From the IMG/VR virus record IMGVR_UViG_3300030060_007200: DNA of 64,000 bases; one strand, given 5' to 3'. The position numbers and the translations under genes are program-made. The notes under the pieces were generated by a model. It made no database searches and was not told the DNA's origin. It was given only the letters and a program-made list of their open reading frames with translations. This stretch comes from a virus. Below, piece after piece: positions 29,132-38,223 of this stretch (position 1 is the stretch's first letter; each line of letters starts with the position of its first letter).

Positions 29132-29476
29132 TTATTTAACTTGCCATTTATACTCAGTAATATACCAGACCTCATCTGCATAGTATTTGTTTCTCGTGAA
29201 ATATATTCTTCTTTCGGCCTCCCATTTATTAGAAGACCAATAAACAATGTTGTTTTTAGCCTCCGATTTTCGATCGGTGTAATACACAATCTTGTCAGCC
29301 TGCCATTTGTTCTTTGTTTCATAAACCTTTACAACATCTTTCTCCCATTTATATTCGGTAGCATATAACACCTGAGCATTACATGACTCTGCAAATATTA
29401 CAAAGAAAACCATCAGTGCTGTAAGTATTATCAACAGTCTATTGGCATATTGTGCGCCTCTTTCTTCTTCTGTCAT
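29132..29476 (-). CDS. Exported protein with Y-x-T-x-x-K-W/Y-x-A-D repeats (DUF6150-like)
   Basis: Signal SCNA|Q followed by about six short internal repeats. Confidence 0.6.
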   Translation of the reverse strand: MTEEERGAQYANRLLIILTALMVFFVIFAESCNAQVLYATEYKWEKDVVKVYETKNKWQADKIVYYTDRKSEAKNNIVYWSSNKWEAERRIYFTRNKYYADEVWYITEYKWQVK

Positions 29477-29477
29477 T

Positions 29478-29675
29478 TTAATCTAATTCTAAGTATTTTA
29501 ATAAAAAATCTAATTTTGCATCTATAGCATCCATCTTTTTAAGAACCTCGTCCATCGTCTTAATCATGTCGGCCGCCTCACTCTTTCTCGCTTGCCCGTT
29601 CGGGGCGCGGTAGCCATAATTTTTAATTTGGCGTAGTTGGTTAAGGGTTCTTGGTTTTTTTCTTTTTCCGTCCAT
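29478..29675 (-). CDS. Hypothetical protein
   Basis: Intact ORF with a coiled-coil C-terminus. Confidence 0.5.
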   Translation of the reverse strand: MDGKRKKPRTLNQLRQIKNYGYRAPNGQARKSEAADMIKTMDEVLKKMDAIDAKLDFLLKYLELD

Positions 29676-29850
29676 TGTTTTTCTCTTTGTAAATTTCGTA
29701 CGCACGTTCGAACTTGTCTCCCATAGTGCGATATTTGTTAGTATCTAGTGTTTTACTAATCTTCATGACACCTTCGTATACATGTTCGCCTTCGTTATAA
29801 AATTGCATTAACAAATCTTCTACTCTATCAAACCCCATTACATCTTCCAA
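29641..29850 (-). CDS. Hypothetical protein
   Basis: Intact ORF coupled to its neighbours. Confidence 0.55.
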   Translation of the reverse strand: MEDVMGFDRVEDLLMQFYNEGEHVYEGVMKISKTLDTNKYRTMGDKFERAYEIYKEKNNGRKKKKTKNP

Positions 29851-30356
29851 TTTCTAAACGCATAAGCTATTTCGTCGTCCACTTTATTATCCTCAGTATA
29901 AGCAATTTTATCAGGTAGAGGTAATAAGGTATTAACAATAGTACGTAGATTAAATACATGGGTAGAACTAATGGTATGACTAGCGTATAAGGATTCTATC
30001 CAATCGATACACCAGTCGCGTCCACGGTCCAGATTAAATTCCAAATCCTTTAGGGTACGCGCATAATCTTCGTCGGTAGGAATGCGAAATACTCGAACAG
30101 AACCTGTAAGCTTTGTATTAGACTTTGGAGATTTACCACCACGTAGTCCACGCATAATACCGTAACCTGCACGCTGCGATAACTTGTTAACCTTGTCTGC
30201 TGTGGCCTTGTCCATAACCTGAATTGTATTACCTGTTTTGTGATAGGTAATATCTACACACGAAACGGCCTCGACGGTACTGCAATCGACACATTCCTTG
30301 TAGCCTAGGTCTACACGACCTTGTGGTATTACTGATTTACACTTTATGCAATGCAT
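29838..30356 (-). CDS. Protein with N-terminal DksA/TraR-type C4 zinc finger
   Basis: MHCIKCKSVIPQGRVDLGYKECVDC (CxxC..IP..R..CxxC). Confidence 0.62.
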   Translation of the reverse strand: MHCIKCKSVIPQGRVDLGYKECVDCSTVEAVSCVDITYHKTGNTIQVMDKATADKVNKLSQRAGYGIMRGLRGGKSPKSNTKLTGSVRVFRIPTDEDYARTLKDLEFNLDRGRDWCIDWIESLYASHTISSTHVFNLRTIVNTLLPLPDKIAYTEDNKVDDEIAYAFRNWKM

Positions 30357-30544
30357 AGCTTTTCCTTTAGTCGACGTATATGTTTGCAGTCCTGATAAGG
30401 TCGGTACATATGACCTATACAATCGCAACTGGCACTAGACGTCTTGTGATTAAGTGTTACTGTATAGTAATTTAGCTTGCCGGTCTTTTTATTACGCGAC
30501 CCCATTTCGCTATAGTCGCTTGTATATGAAAAAGGATTATCCAT
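30344..30544 (-). CDS. SWIM zinc-finger protein
   Basis: YTVTL..SCDC..CKHI. Confidence 0.7.
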   Translation of the reverse strand: MDNPFSYTSDYSEMGSRNKKTGKLNYYTVTLNHKTSSASCDCIGHMYRPYQDCKHIRRLKEKLCIA

Positions 30545-30683
30545 TTACTGCACGTTTTTTATTGTACGTCCACTCCTTTTCCTCTTTGGTAAGGTGTTTG
30601 CCTTTTACCGGCTCCATAACATAGTAGTATCCGCCGCAACCGTCGGACTTTTCTACTACCTCGTATAACATTTGTTTATCCAT
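30537..30683 (-). CDS. Small hypothetical protein (48 aa)
   Basis: Hand-translated MDKQMLYEVVEKSDGCGGYYY...; first gene after a promoter. Confidence 0.55.
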   Translation of the reverse strand: MDKQMLYEVVEKSDGCGGYYYVMEPVKGKHLTKEEKEWTYNKKRAVNG

Positions 30684-30701
30684 ATTTTTACAATTTTAAT
30701 T

Positions 30702-30748
30702 TATACTACTAATATAATAAATCTTTTCGACATAGAAAAGGATTTTGC
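30702..30748 (-). promoter_or_regulatory. Early-type promoter
   Basis: AAAATCCTTTTCTATGTCGAAAAGATTTATTATATTAGTAGTATA; box at 30756. Confidence 0.7.
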
Positions 30749-30889
30749 TGAAAAGTTATTAACAATTTTTGTTGTTTGCTTGTGGTGTACCATCATGTCA
30801 AAAACAGTTGTTTCTAGGGAAAAAATTTCAGCCCCGATGTGGGAGCAGCCTAAAGCGTTATGACAAAATGTCATATTGCACTGCTTACA

Positions 30890-30934
30890 GTTAATTAGAC
30901 CAGGAACGCATTTTTACGTCCCCAGCCAATTAAC
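30890..30934 (-). other. Long hairpin after the AAA gene (terminator or processing site)
   Basis: GTTAATTGG-CTGGGGACG...CGTTCCTGG-TCTAATTAAC inverted repeat with no U-tract. Confidence 0.55.
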
Positions 30935-30941
30935 CCCCTAA

Positions 30942-32144
30942 TTAAGCTTGTACCTCATCTTCAACGTTAAATAACTCTTCGTTTGAATCTACGTTGTTTG
31001 GGTCATATGACCACTTTTGTACAAGTTGTTTTACGAATGTTCTTTCGGAATCTAGACCTCCAGCGTTGTCGTATTGTGGATAGATACAAACCTCTGCTGC
31101 CTCCTCTAATGAGAAGCCATCGTAAATTAAGCTAGCCATTTCCACCGAGTTCCTGGTAGATATAGCCGTAGATATACGTGGTGTATCTGTACCTATTTCT
31201 ATTCTTGTACCACCTACTATATCCCCTATAGCCTCTATTGATTTGCCATCTAATTTAGGATATAAGTACGTTAGAAGGTCTATCTCTCCTTCCTTATCCA
31301 ATACATCCATTTCCACTATAATGAATCTGTCTAACAGTGCTCTATCCATAACTCTTGTAGCTGTATATTCATTACCTATATTAGCAGTAGCTATGAATGT
31401 AACTCCTTTTGCTACCTCTATAGTTGGCGAATCGTCAGCTTCATCCAATCTTAGGTACCTTTGGCCTTCGTCCAATACCGTCATTAGGATATTGTGGGCA
31501 TCAGGGTGAGCTCTTGATAATTCGTCTAATAGTATAACCGCATCCTCGGTCTGTATAGCTTTGACGAATAGAGCTTCTGAGAAGAACGTTCCATCTTGTT
31601 TATTGAAGTGTGTATTACCTATTAAGGTAGAACGTGGGTCCTGAGTGGCACCTAAGTTGAAATAAAAGCTTGGCCTATCCAGTACTTCAGATACTGATTT
31701 TGCAGCCATTGTCTTACCACATCCAGCCGGACCAGTCATCATGATGTTTTTACCACGAGCTGCCGACCTCATCAAGTATTTCCATTTAAGAGGCTGCATT
31801 TTCAATACCTCTGGTTTAAGGTCCACAGAAGTCTTGATAAAATCCATAAGGGCAACTTGCTCTTCCGGTAAATCTACAACCTCAGCTTTAGCTGCCTTAA
31901 ATTTGGTATCAGGTAGAGGTTGTGACCAGTTAGTGATATTACCACTAGATGAGGTACCAAATGTAGCTCTGCCGTCCCATCCTTGGTCGGCGTCGTCATC
32001 CAACTTAACGGATACCAATATTTCGTTTTTGTACGAATATTTAATCTTTTCAGCCGCCTTCGTATTTGGCTTAGCTGTCCAAACATCACCTGATTTGTTA
32101 ACCATTTGTGTGTCTGAGATAGGTGTAAAAAATAATTTTGTCAT
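30942..32144 (-). CDS. MoxR/CbbQ/CobS-family AAA+ ATPase
   Basis: GPAGCGKT, ILLDELSRA, ATAN and DRALLDRF. Confidence 0.92.
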   Translation of the reverse strand: MTKLFFTPISDTQMVNKSGDVWTAKPNTKAAEKIKYSYKNEILVSVKLDDDADQGWDGRATFGTSSSGNITNWSQPLPDTKFKAAKAEVVDLPEEQVALMDFIKTSVDLKPEVLKMQPLKWKYLMRSAARGKNIMMTGPAGCGKTMAAKSVSEVLDRPSFYFNLGATQDPRSTLIGNTHFNKQDGTFFSEALFVKAIQTEDAVILLDELSRAHPDAHNILMTVLDEGQRYLRLDEADDSPTIEVAKGVTFIATANIGNEYTATRVMDRALLDRFIIVEMDVLDKEGEIDLLTYLYPKLDGKSIEAIGDIVGGTRIEIGTDTPRISTAISTRNSVEMASLIYDGFSLEEAAEVCIYPQYDNAGGLDSERTFVKQLVQKWSYDPNNVDSNEELFNVEDEVQA

Positions 32145-32169
32145 AATTAGGGTTTAATGATTATTGATT

Positions 32170-32215
32170 TATACTATAAATCTACGCAATTTTTTTGATA
32201 TATGAAAGGAAAAAG
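32170..32215 (-). promoter_or_regulatory. Early-type promoter (AAA gene)
   Basis: TTTCCTTTCATATATCAAAAAAATTGCGTAGATTTATAGTAT; boxes at 32224 and 32235. Confidence 0.75.
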
Positions 32216-32244
32216 AGCAAAACTTATTAACAAGTTATTAACAA

Positions 32245-32442
32245 TTATACGTTTGGCCATGTAGAAGAGCGGTCCCCTACTGCTTCGTAATAGTTGAATA
32301 TACTCCATCCTGGGTACATAGATAATGCTTTTTGCTTTGCAGATTGTAAATTTTCTGCCTCTACAGTAGATAGTTTTACTTTTCCTGGGAATACAGGGTT
32401 GGATAGATAGATTTGCCAGATGTTTTCGTTGTCTAGATTCAT
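32245..32442 (-). CDS. Small hypothetical protein
   Basis: TVEAENLQSAKQKA motif common in small early phage proteins; has its own promoter. Confidence 0.6.
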   Translation of the reverse strand: MNLDNENIWQIYLSNPVFPGKVKLSTVEAENLQSAKQKALSMYPGWSIFNYYEAVGDRSSTWPNV

Positions 32443-32465
32443 AATTGATATTTGTTATTAGTTAT

Positions 32466-32512
32466 TTATACTATAAATATACGCTATTTATACGACATAA
32501 AAAAATTTTTCA
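32466..32512 (-). promoter_or_regulatory. Early-type promoter
   Basis: AAAAATTTTTTTATGTCGTATAAATAGCGTATATTTATAGTATA; box at 32543. Confidence 0.7.
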
Positions 32513-33110
32513 GCGATTATTTTTATGACAATGTGGCAAAAGTTATTAACAATTGGTGACAAACTGTCATTGCTCTATTTCAGTGTCTAAGTATGCTTTA
32601 AGCTACCCCGCCACACCCTATACTACAGCTCTAGAGTACGTATAACAACGCCAAATTTCAGTATAATGTACCACTCGATACACTCCAGATATGCTCTCTA
32701 GGGCTCTAAAAATGCGACTACGACGCGAATGTGCAAGGTCAAAATGAAATTCTGATATATCTTAAGCACCATATATAGGTATATATCCATCGTTATCCTC
32801 CATGAAACGAGTATATGAGTAGTCTTGATATATGTGAATAGAAGGGTGGGGAGATATTAAGCTACCCGATGTCGTTAAGCTACCTATTCTCAATCTCCCC
32901 CATGCCTTCCGTATACTAGAAGTTAGTGTCATCTGAATCTATTTGTTCGCTATCCCATATTATACTGTATATCATATAAGCCATTCCTATAACTAGTATT
33001 CCTGCTACTATCATCTTGATTCCTTTAATCTTTCTTGATGCATTTTAATCTGCTTATCAATCTTTCTCTTCTGCTCTTTCAATACTCTTATTCTTGCTCT
33101 GTGATAAAAT

Positions 33111-33302
33111 TTACCTGTCATTGTATATCTCTTCTATTACTATGATTCCTATTATTGCTATCCCAAATAAGGCTGCAATTGGCCACCACCACCAAATAGG
33201 TAAAAATACCCATATCCATCCTATATCTATTATACCTGCTATCTTTAATATAGCCAATAATATCATTAATGATGTCCACGGATTAGCTTTTATTTTTTTC
33301 AT
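33111..33302 (-). CDS. Small membrane protein
   Basis: LKIAGIIDIGWIWVFLPIW, a recurrent phage membrane-protein motif. Confidence 0.7.
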   Translation of the reverse strand: MKKIKANPWTSLMILLAILKIAGIIDIGWIWVFLPIWWWWPIAALFGIAIIGIIVIEEIYNDR

Positions 33303-33416
33303 CCCATTCTCTTAAATTCTTTTCAAGCTCTTTATGTCTTTGTCTGTTATCTATATGTGATGCTATTTGACTAGTCACGTATATACCTATTACGACTCCA
33401 ACTCCTATTCCTATAA

Positions 33417-33677
33417 CTAACTCCATGGGAATACTATTCTAACCTTTCCGCCTTTATATACAATAGGATATTCGTAGTCCTTGCTACCAAATCTTACCTT
33501 TACGTTTGCATCCGGATTACTCGCGAATATACGCATAGCGTACGCAAGTGGATTTGCCACGTTATCGTATACCCCACCGTCATGGACTATTTCTACCGCT
33601 CCGGGCCTCGCCTGGGATGATAGATAATGGGCGTCGTGTTGTGATTTACTTCTGTCTACTTTGAATTCTGTTTTCAT
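33417..33677 (-). CDS. Hypothetical protein
   Basis: Intact ORF. Confidence 0.6.
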   Translation of the reverse strand: MKTEFKVDRSKSQHDAHYLSSQARPGAVEIVHDGGVYDNVANPLAYAMRIFASNPDANVKVRFGSKDYEYPIVYKGGKVRIVFPWS

Positions 33678-33692
33678 AACCGTTTCCTTTTT

Positions 33693-33992
33693 TTAATTGT
33701 TAATTAGTGTTAATATAAATACTGTTGATAATATACCCATAGCTGCAATTAGAAATATTGTCATACTATCAGCATATTGCTTTTCTGTTCTACCTTGTAG
33801 CCAATCATGTCTTTTCTTTCCTATCTCTCTCCACTGTTCTCCTATTTTCTTTCTGCCTGTCCCTATATATGTTTGGCCTGTTTCCATATCTTTTAATAAC
33901 CATTTGGCTGGTACTTTTGTAATGATTTTTAGCTCCACTGGTTTATTCAATTCTTTTACTTTTGTACCTGCAACTTTTCTTATCTTACTCAT
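33693..33992 (-). CDS. Hypothetical protein with C-terminal TM segment
   Basis: TKVPAKWLLKDMETGQTYIG domain plus hydrophobic tail. Confidence 0.6.
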   Translation of the reverse strand: MSKIRKVAGTKVKELNKPVELKIITKVPAKWLLKDMETGQTYIGTGRKKIGEQWREIGKKRHDWLQGRTEKQYADSMTIFLIAAMGILSTVFILTLINN

Positions 33993-33995
33993 ATC

Positions 33996-34160
33996 TTATC
34001 TTTTATATACAGATTCGTCTGTAACTACATTTACAATTAGTCTAGTTACTGATATACCTGCTAGTACTAATGCCATAGTTGTTGAACCTTCAATATATGT
34101 TCCTAATGCTATGGTCAATAGGTATATTGGTACTTCTAATATTCTTATCATCTTAATCAT
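33996..34160 (-). CDS. Small membrane protein (54 aa)
   Basis: Hand-translated MIKMIRILEVPIYLLTIALG...; fills the gap between genes. Confidence 0.5.
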   Translation of the reverse strand: MIKMIRILEVPIYLLTIALGTYIEGSTTMALVLAGISVTRLIVNVVTDESVYKR

Positions 34161-34950
34161 CTTTATTCTCCTTATATTTTAGGTAGTGCTCTTGTTGGTC
34201 TTTATCTACCTCTCTCTTTTTTACCTCTTCGAATATATCTCTGTATGATAGTGGACTGCCTTGTGGCAATACAATATCGCTATCTACCTTATCAGGGTCT
34301 ATATCTACATTATCGAAGTCTTTTAGATTTGTTGGATATCCTTCATCATCTACCTGTATACCTTCATATCCTTTGCCAAGCTTTTTAAGCCAATCCTTTG
34401 GCATTCTTTTATCTCTACCAAATACGTTACCAGATATAAGAAAATAACAATTATAGCAAAGTATTTCCAAATTATCTATATCGTAATTCTCTCTATTACC
34501 ATCTTTTTGTGATAACAATAATGGTATTTTACCATCTATTACTCTTGCGTGGTCAAAGCCACATGATTCACAACAATTAGGCTTTAATCCTGCATTAAAC
34601 AATCTATCCTTCAAATGATTTAATGGATATTTTTCGTACTTACCATCAAGTACATCTTCCAATTTTTGCTTGTGCCTACCTTTGTTGATTTTTCTAGATT
34701 TACCTCTTGGTATATACGTTTTTATTGTATTTGTTTCGTAATCCCAAGCTGAATGTAATTCCAATAATGTTTTACCTGTTTCAGAATCTATATATGATTC
34801 TGCCCATTTCTTATATGTGTTGTATGATATACCTAGATATTTAGCCGCAGAAAGATTAGAACGCGTTACTCTCATAGCATCTCGAATATCAGATTCAAGT
34901 ACTATATAGCCTTTACGAGTTCTTTTTACCTTTGGCTTTAATGGCTTCAT
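34153..34950 (-). CDS. HTH + degenerate HNH-fold zinc-binding protein
   Basis: SAAKYLGISYNTYKKWA (HTH); CESCG..LLLSQKDGNRENYDIDNLEILCYNCY, with no His at the catalytic positions. Confidence 0.7.
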   Translation of the reverse strand: MKPLKPKVKRTRKGYIVLESDIRDAMRVTRSNLSAAKYLGISYNTYKKWAESYIDSETGKTLLELHSAWDYETNTIKTYIPRGKSRKINKGRHKQKLEDVLDGKYEKYPLNHLKDRLFNAGLKPNCCESCGFDHARVIDGKIPLLLSQKDGNRENYDIDNLEILCYNCYFLISGNVFGRDKRMPKDWLKKLGKGYEGIQVDDEGYPTNLKDFDNVDIDPDKVDSDIVLPQGSPLSYRDIFEEVKKREVDKDQQEHYLKYKENKDD

Positions 34951-35075
34951 CTTTTGATTTTACCTTTTATTCTGTATACAACATAACTCAATATTGGTGT
35001 ACCCATTAACAATGTTAATAAGCTTGGATGTGGTTCTCCACAAAGTCCTAGTGCGTGTCTTAAAAATTCTACCAT
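34947..35075 (-). CDS. Small membrane protein (42 aa)
   Basis: Hand-translated MVEFLRHALGLCGEPHPSLLTLL... Confidence 0.5.
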   Translation of the reverse strand: MVEFLRHALGLCGEPHPSLLTLLMGTPILSYVVYRIKGKIKR

Positions 35076-35512
35076 TATCCCCAGTCTTCCATTCTATCGT
35101 ATGAGTAGTCTACCTCATCAAATACCTCCTCATCGATTTTAATTTTACTCTTTCTCTCTTTATCAATTGTAGGTTGGTTATGAGGTAAATTTGTATCGTC
35201 CCCAACCATATTAACAATTGATGCCTGTACCTTTTTAGGTTTTTTATTATACTGCCTAGTCCAAAATTCAGATGTAAATGCGTTGTGATAGGCATCATAT
35301 ACTGTATCTGCAAATTGTAAATCAGGCCACTCTGGATTAACTACGTTTTTGCCATTTGCCTGTATGGTATACCTACCACCTGTATATACGACTTTTGCTC
35401 CTTTGAACTTTCTTTGTACGACCTTTTTCATTTTTTGAAAATCAGCCTGTCTTTTTTCTATATTCATATTAGTTTCTTTTATTATCTTGTACGCCTCTTT
35501 GTAATTTATCAA
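35075..35512 (-). CDS. Hypothetical protein
   Basis: Intact ORF; the true start may be the internal MNIEK. Confidence 0.6.
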   Translation of the reverse strand: MINYKEAYKIIKETNMNIEKRQADFQKMKKVVQRKFKGAKVVYTGGRYTIQANGKNVVNPEWPDLQFADTVYDAYHNAFTSEFWTRQYNKKPKKVQASIVNMVGDDTNLPHNQPTIDKERKSKIKIDEEVFDEVDYSYDRMEDWG

Positions 35513-35933
35513 ACCTTTCCTTATCCTGCTCTGTCAATTTGCTATACCATCCTTGAAAATTACCTAATTTCATATCTTTGTATTCAGGAAATGCTTCGTA
35601 TATAGTTCCAGTATAATCTTTTGATTCTCCTTCGTCCATATCCTCATCACCTTTATCTGCACCGTGATATACCTCGTTTCCATAATCGCCAGCCTTTCTG
35701 CTTCTTATCTGGCCAGTGTCTGGATTACGTTCGTGTATTACTCCATCAAACATACTGTTGATTTTTTCTACACCTCTATTCCAATTATCCTGGCAGTATT
35801 CCTGGTCATTAAGTCTAGCAAATTTGTCTTGTGTTATCGAAACCTGTACATAATCTGTTACCGGATATGTATACCAATTTTTTATGTTACCGCTGATTGC
35901 GTCTTCTTTTTTTATCCAAATGTGTATTTTCAT
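35469..35933 (-). CDS. Hypothetical protein
   Basis: Intact ORF. Confidence 0.6.
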   Translation of the reverse strand: MKIHIWIKKEDAISGNIKNWYTYPVTDYVQVSITQDKFARLNDQEYCQDNWNRGVEKINSMFDGVIHERNPDTGQIRSRKAGDYGNEVYHGADKGDEDMDEGESKDYTGTIYEAFPEYKDMKLGNFQGWYSKLTEQDKERFDKLQRGVQDNKRN

Positions 35934-35934
35934 A

Positions 35935-36150
35935 TTAGTTTAATATTGTTTGTCTGTGAACATTTATATGCTCGATTAGTTTTTTACCAAAACGGCTTTC
36001 AATATCAACCTCTTCTGTGATATACCATTTGCCGTGTACATTAGTTACACTGTATATGTTTTCGTATCCATCTGCATCTTTAAGATGTATGTCGTATACA
36101 AATCCATTTTCGTGTCCCATTCCGTTTGTAATTGTTAGTTCTGCTTTCAT
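35935..36150 (-). CDS. Hypothetical protein
   Basis: Intact ORF. Confidence 0.6.
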   Translation of the reverse strand: MKAELTITNGMGHENGFVYDIHLKDADGYENIYSVTNVHGKWYITEEVDIESRFGKKLIEHINVHRQTILN

Positions 36151-36155
36151 AATTT

Positions 36156-38129
36156 TTATTTAGTTGCGAATTTTTTATTAAGTGATTTAGTTAATTGATT
36201 AAGTTGTGTAACAGATATCATTTCTGCATCTTTACCGTACATTTTTTTGAAGTTTTCTCCATCACCACCATAACCACCAGTAACAAAGAAGCTTAGTACC
36301 TTGATACCTCTTGCCTTCATATTGTCAACCTGTGTTTTAGTGTGTTTTTGTGCCTGCTGTCCCCAGTAATTGATATTTTTGTTTTCAAAGTATGGTTCGC
36401 CGTCACTGAAATTGATAAAGTAACTGTCAACACCAGTACCATCAAGTATGTGATTTTGTATAGCCTCAAAACATAATCCTTCAGGTGTTGTACCAGGGCA
36501 AGTAATGTATTTGAAAAGTTTTGTAATTTTTGTAATTTTATCTTTACGTGAATCGTAAGCAATAAATATAGCCGGTATAGTAACAGAGCCAACTTGTTCA
36601 GTGGTTCTGAATGAGATTACAATATCCAAATTAGATACCATAGATGCAGCTTTTGCAATAGCCACAGCTGATGTCATTGAATTGTACCATTTGTCACCAG
36701 ACATAGAGCCTGAAGCATCGATTGAGATATGTGCAATACCTGGTTTGAATTTATCGATAAATGTTTGGCTGAATACCTGTTCGCTGCCAAATCCTAGTGA
36801 TGATATCATTCGCTTATCGATTTTACCTTTTCGAAGTCTTGTATATGTTAATGAATTTGAATCGTTACGAACTTGAAGTTTTTTACCAAGCATTGTACCA
36901 AGTCTGATACCTTTTATAACTGATTCCTGATTTGCCTCTAATCTGTATTCGTATTGATTAGCTGTAATTGTTTCGTAAATATTTGCATCGATAAGAGCTT
37001 GTGTAATATTTTTTACAACCAAGCAATCTGTACCAGTACCTTTTTGATAATAGTTTTTTTGAATTCCATTACCAACAGATTTTATTTCTGAACCAGATTC
37101 CTGTACCGCATCCACCTTTTTCTTATCTGATTTTGAAATTGTTTTCTTTTTAGTTTCGCCATCATTAAATTCGTTTTGCTTTTTGATTGCGTTTCGTAAC
37201 TGATGTTTTTGAGAATTAGTTAAAGGATTTGAAGCACCAGATGAACCATTTTGATTTTGGTTAACCTCGTTTCCATCACCTTCTTTGCCTTTACCATCAT
37301 TACCTTCACCATCTTCATTATCTTCTTCGACAGGTTCCGGTATATAACTTTCAACAATTTTGAATATTTGAAATGCAACATCCAATGAATCCTGAGTTGA
37401 TTTTAATCTGTCAACATTTCTTAAATCCAATAATTTCCAGATATCGTTAAGGCCAGGTAAAGCATTTAGGTCACGATTAGGATTTGTTAAATTGATAATC
37501 CTAAACATGTAAGATTCCCAATCGTTGTTACGCATTTCATCTGATTTAAGACCTTTGTCAACAATTTTTGAATTGAAATATTTATCGTACATTGCCTGGT
37601 AATAACCTTGATAACCAGGTGCCGAACGGTAAACAAAACTATCGATTCGTCTATCTTCTACATAATTAAGAAGAGATTTTACATGATTTCTAATATAATT
37701 ACAAACAATCCATGTTTTATCCTCCAAGTCATCTGCATTTTTAGCATATTTATTAGCTATCATATCGAATATCTCTTGCGGAACTACATTAGGATTATCC
37801 ATTAGATTTTTAAGAATTTTGAAGTCTGTAAGTTTACAGTGTGAACCTTCGTGAAGTGCCAAGCCAACCGTAGGGTCAAAGTCTTTTTCCTTGATGTTAC
37901 CAGATATAACCACCTGTTTACCATCTGTAAAGCTTTCGTCCTTTGAAGAATATGTAACTGGTATAGATTGTCCAGTAACAATATTAACAAAGTTTCCAAT
38001 AGCTCTTTTTGTAGCCGACATCTTTACGTAATCCTTGCCAGGTTTTATTGTTTCGCCTGTAAGAACATCGTAATTATCTGTGTCATCCATCCAGAAGCTT
38101 GAGTTGTTGTATTTTTGCCAGTTTGCCAT
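36156..38129 (-). CDS. CobT-like protein: HExxH metallopeptidase-like N-domain, acidic linker, vWA domain
   Basis: LALHEGSH, NYVEDRRID, E/D/G-rich linker, MIDAS IDASGSM, GTTPEG and NFSDGEP. Confidence 0.9.
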   Translation of the reverse strand: MANWQKYNNSSFWMDDTDNYDVLTGETIKPGKDYVKMSATKRAIGNFVNIVTGQSIPVTYSSKDESFTDGKQVVISGNIKEKDFDPTVGLALHEGSHCKLTDFKILKNLMDNPNVVPQEIFDMIANKYAKNADDLEDKTWIVCNYIRNHVKSLLNYVEDRRIDSFVYRSAPGYQGYYQAMYDKYFNSKIVDKGLKSDEMRNNDWESYMFRIINLTNPNRDLNALPGLNDIWKLLDLRNVDRLKSTQDSLDVAFQIFKIVESYIPEPVEEDNEDGEGNDGKGKEGDGNEVNQNQNGSSGASNPLTNSQKHQLRNAIKKQNEFNDGETKKKTISKSDKKKVDAVQESGSEIKSVGNGIQKNYYQKGTGTDCLVVKNITQALIDANIYETITANQYEYRLEANQESVIKGIRLGTMLGKKLQVRNDSNSLTYTRLRKGKIDKRMISSLGFGSEQVFSQTFIDKFKPGIAHISIDASGSMSGDKWYNSMTSAVAIAKAASMVSNLDIVISFRTTEQVGSVTIPAIFIAYDSRKDKITKITKLFKYITCPGTTPEGLCFEAIQNHILDGTGVDSYFINFSDGEPYFENKNINYWGQQAQKHTKTQVDNMKARGIKVLSFFVTGGYGGDGENFKKMYGKDAEMISVTQLNQLTKSLNKKFATK

Positions 38130-38155
38130 ATAGTTTATGTTTAATGTTTTTGATT

Positions 38156-38200
38156 TATACTATAAATCTACGCAATTTTTCCGATATATAAAAGGATTTT
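38156..38200 (-). promoter_or_regulatory. Early-type promoter (vWA gene)
   Basis: AAAATCCTTTTATATATCGGAAAAATTGCGTAGATTTATAGTATA; boxes at 38210 and 38221. Confidence 0.78.
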
Positions 38201-38223
38201 TGCATAAAGTTATTAACAAGTTA

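Noticed and set aside
1239-37999. Short minus-strand ORFs nested in larger genes (1239..1421, 5202..5411, 9981..10202, 29110..29322, 31874..32089, 35110..35313, 36317..36592, 37802..37999)
   Set aside because: They are alternate-frame artefacts with no independent support.
30942-38129. cobS/cobT as cobalamin auxiliary metabolic genes
   Set aside because: No other cobalamin genes are present; a generic MoxR/vWA pair is sufficient.
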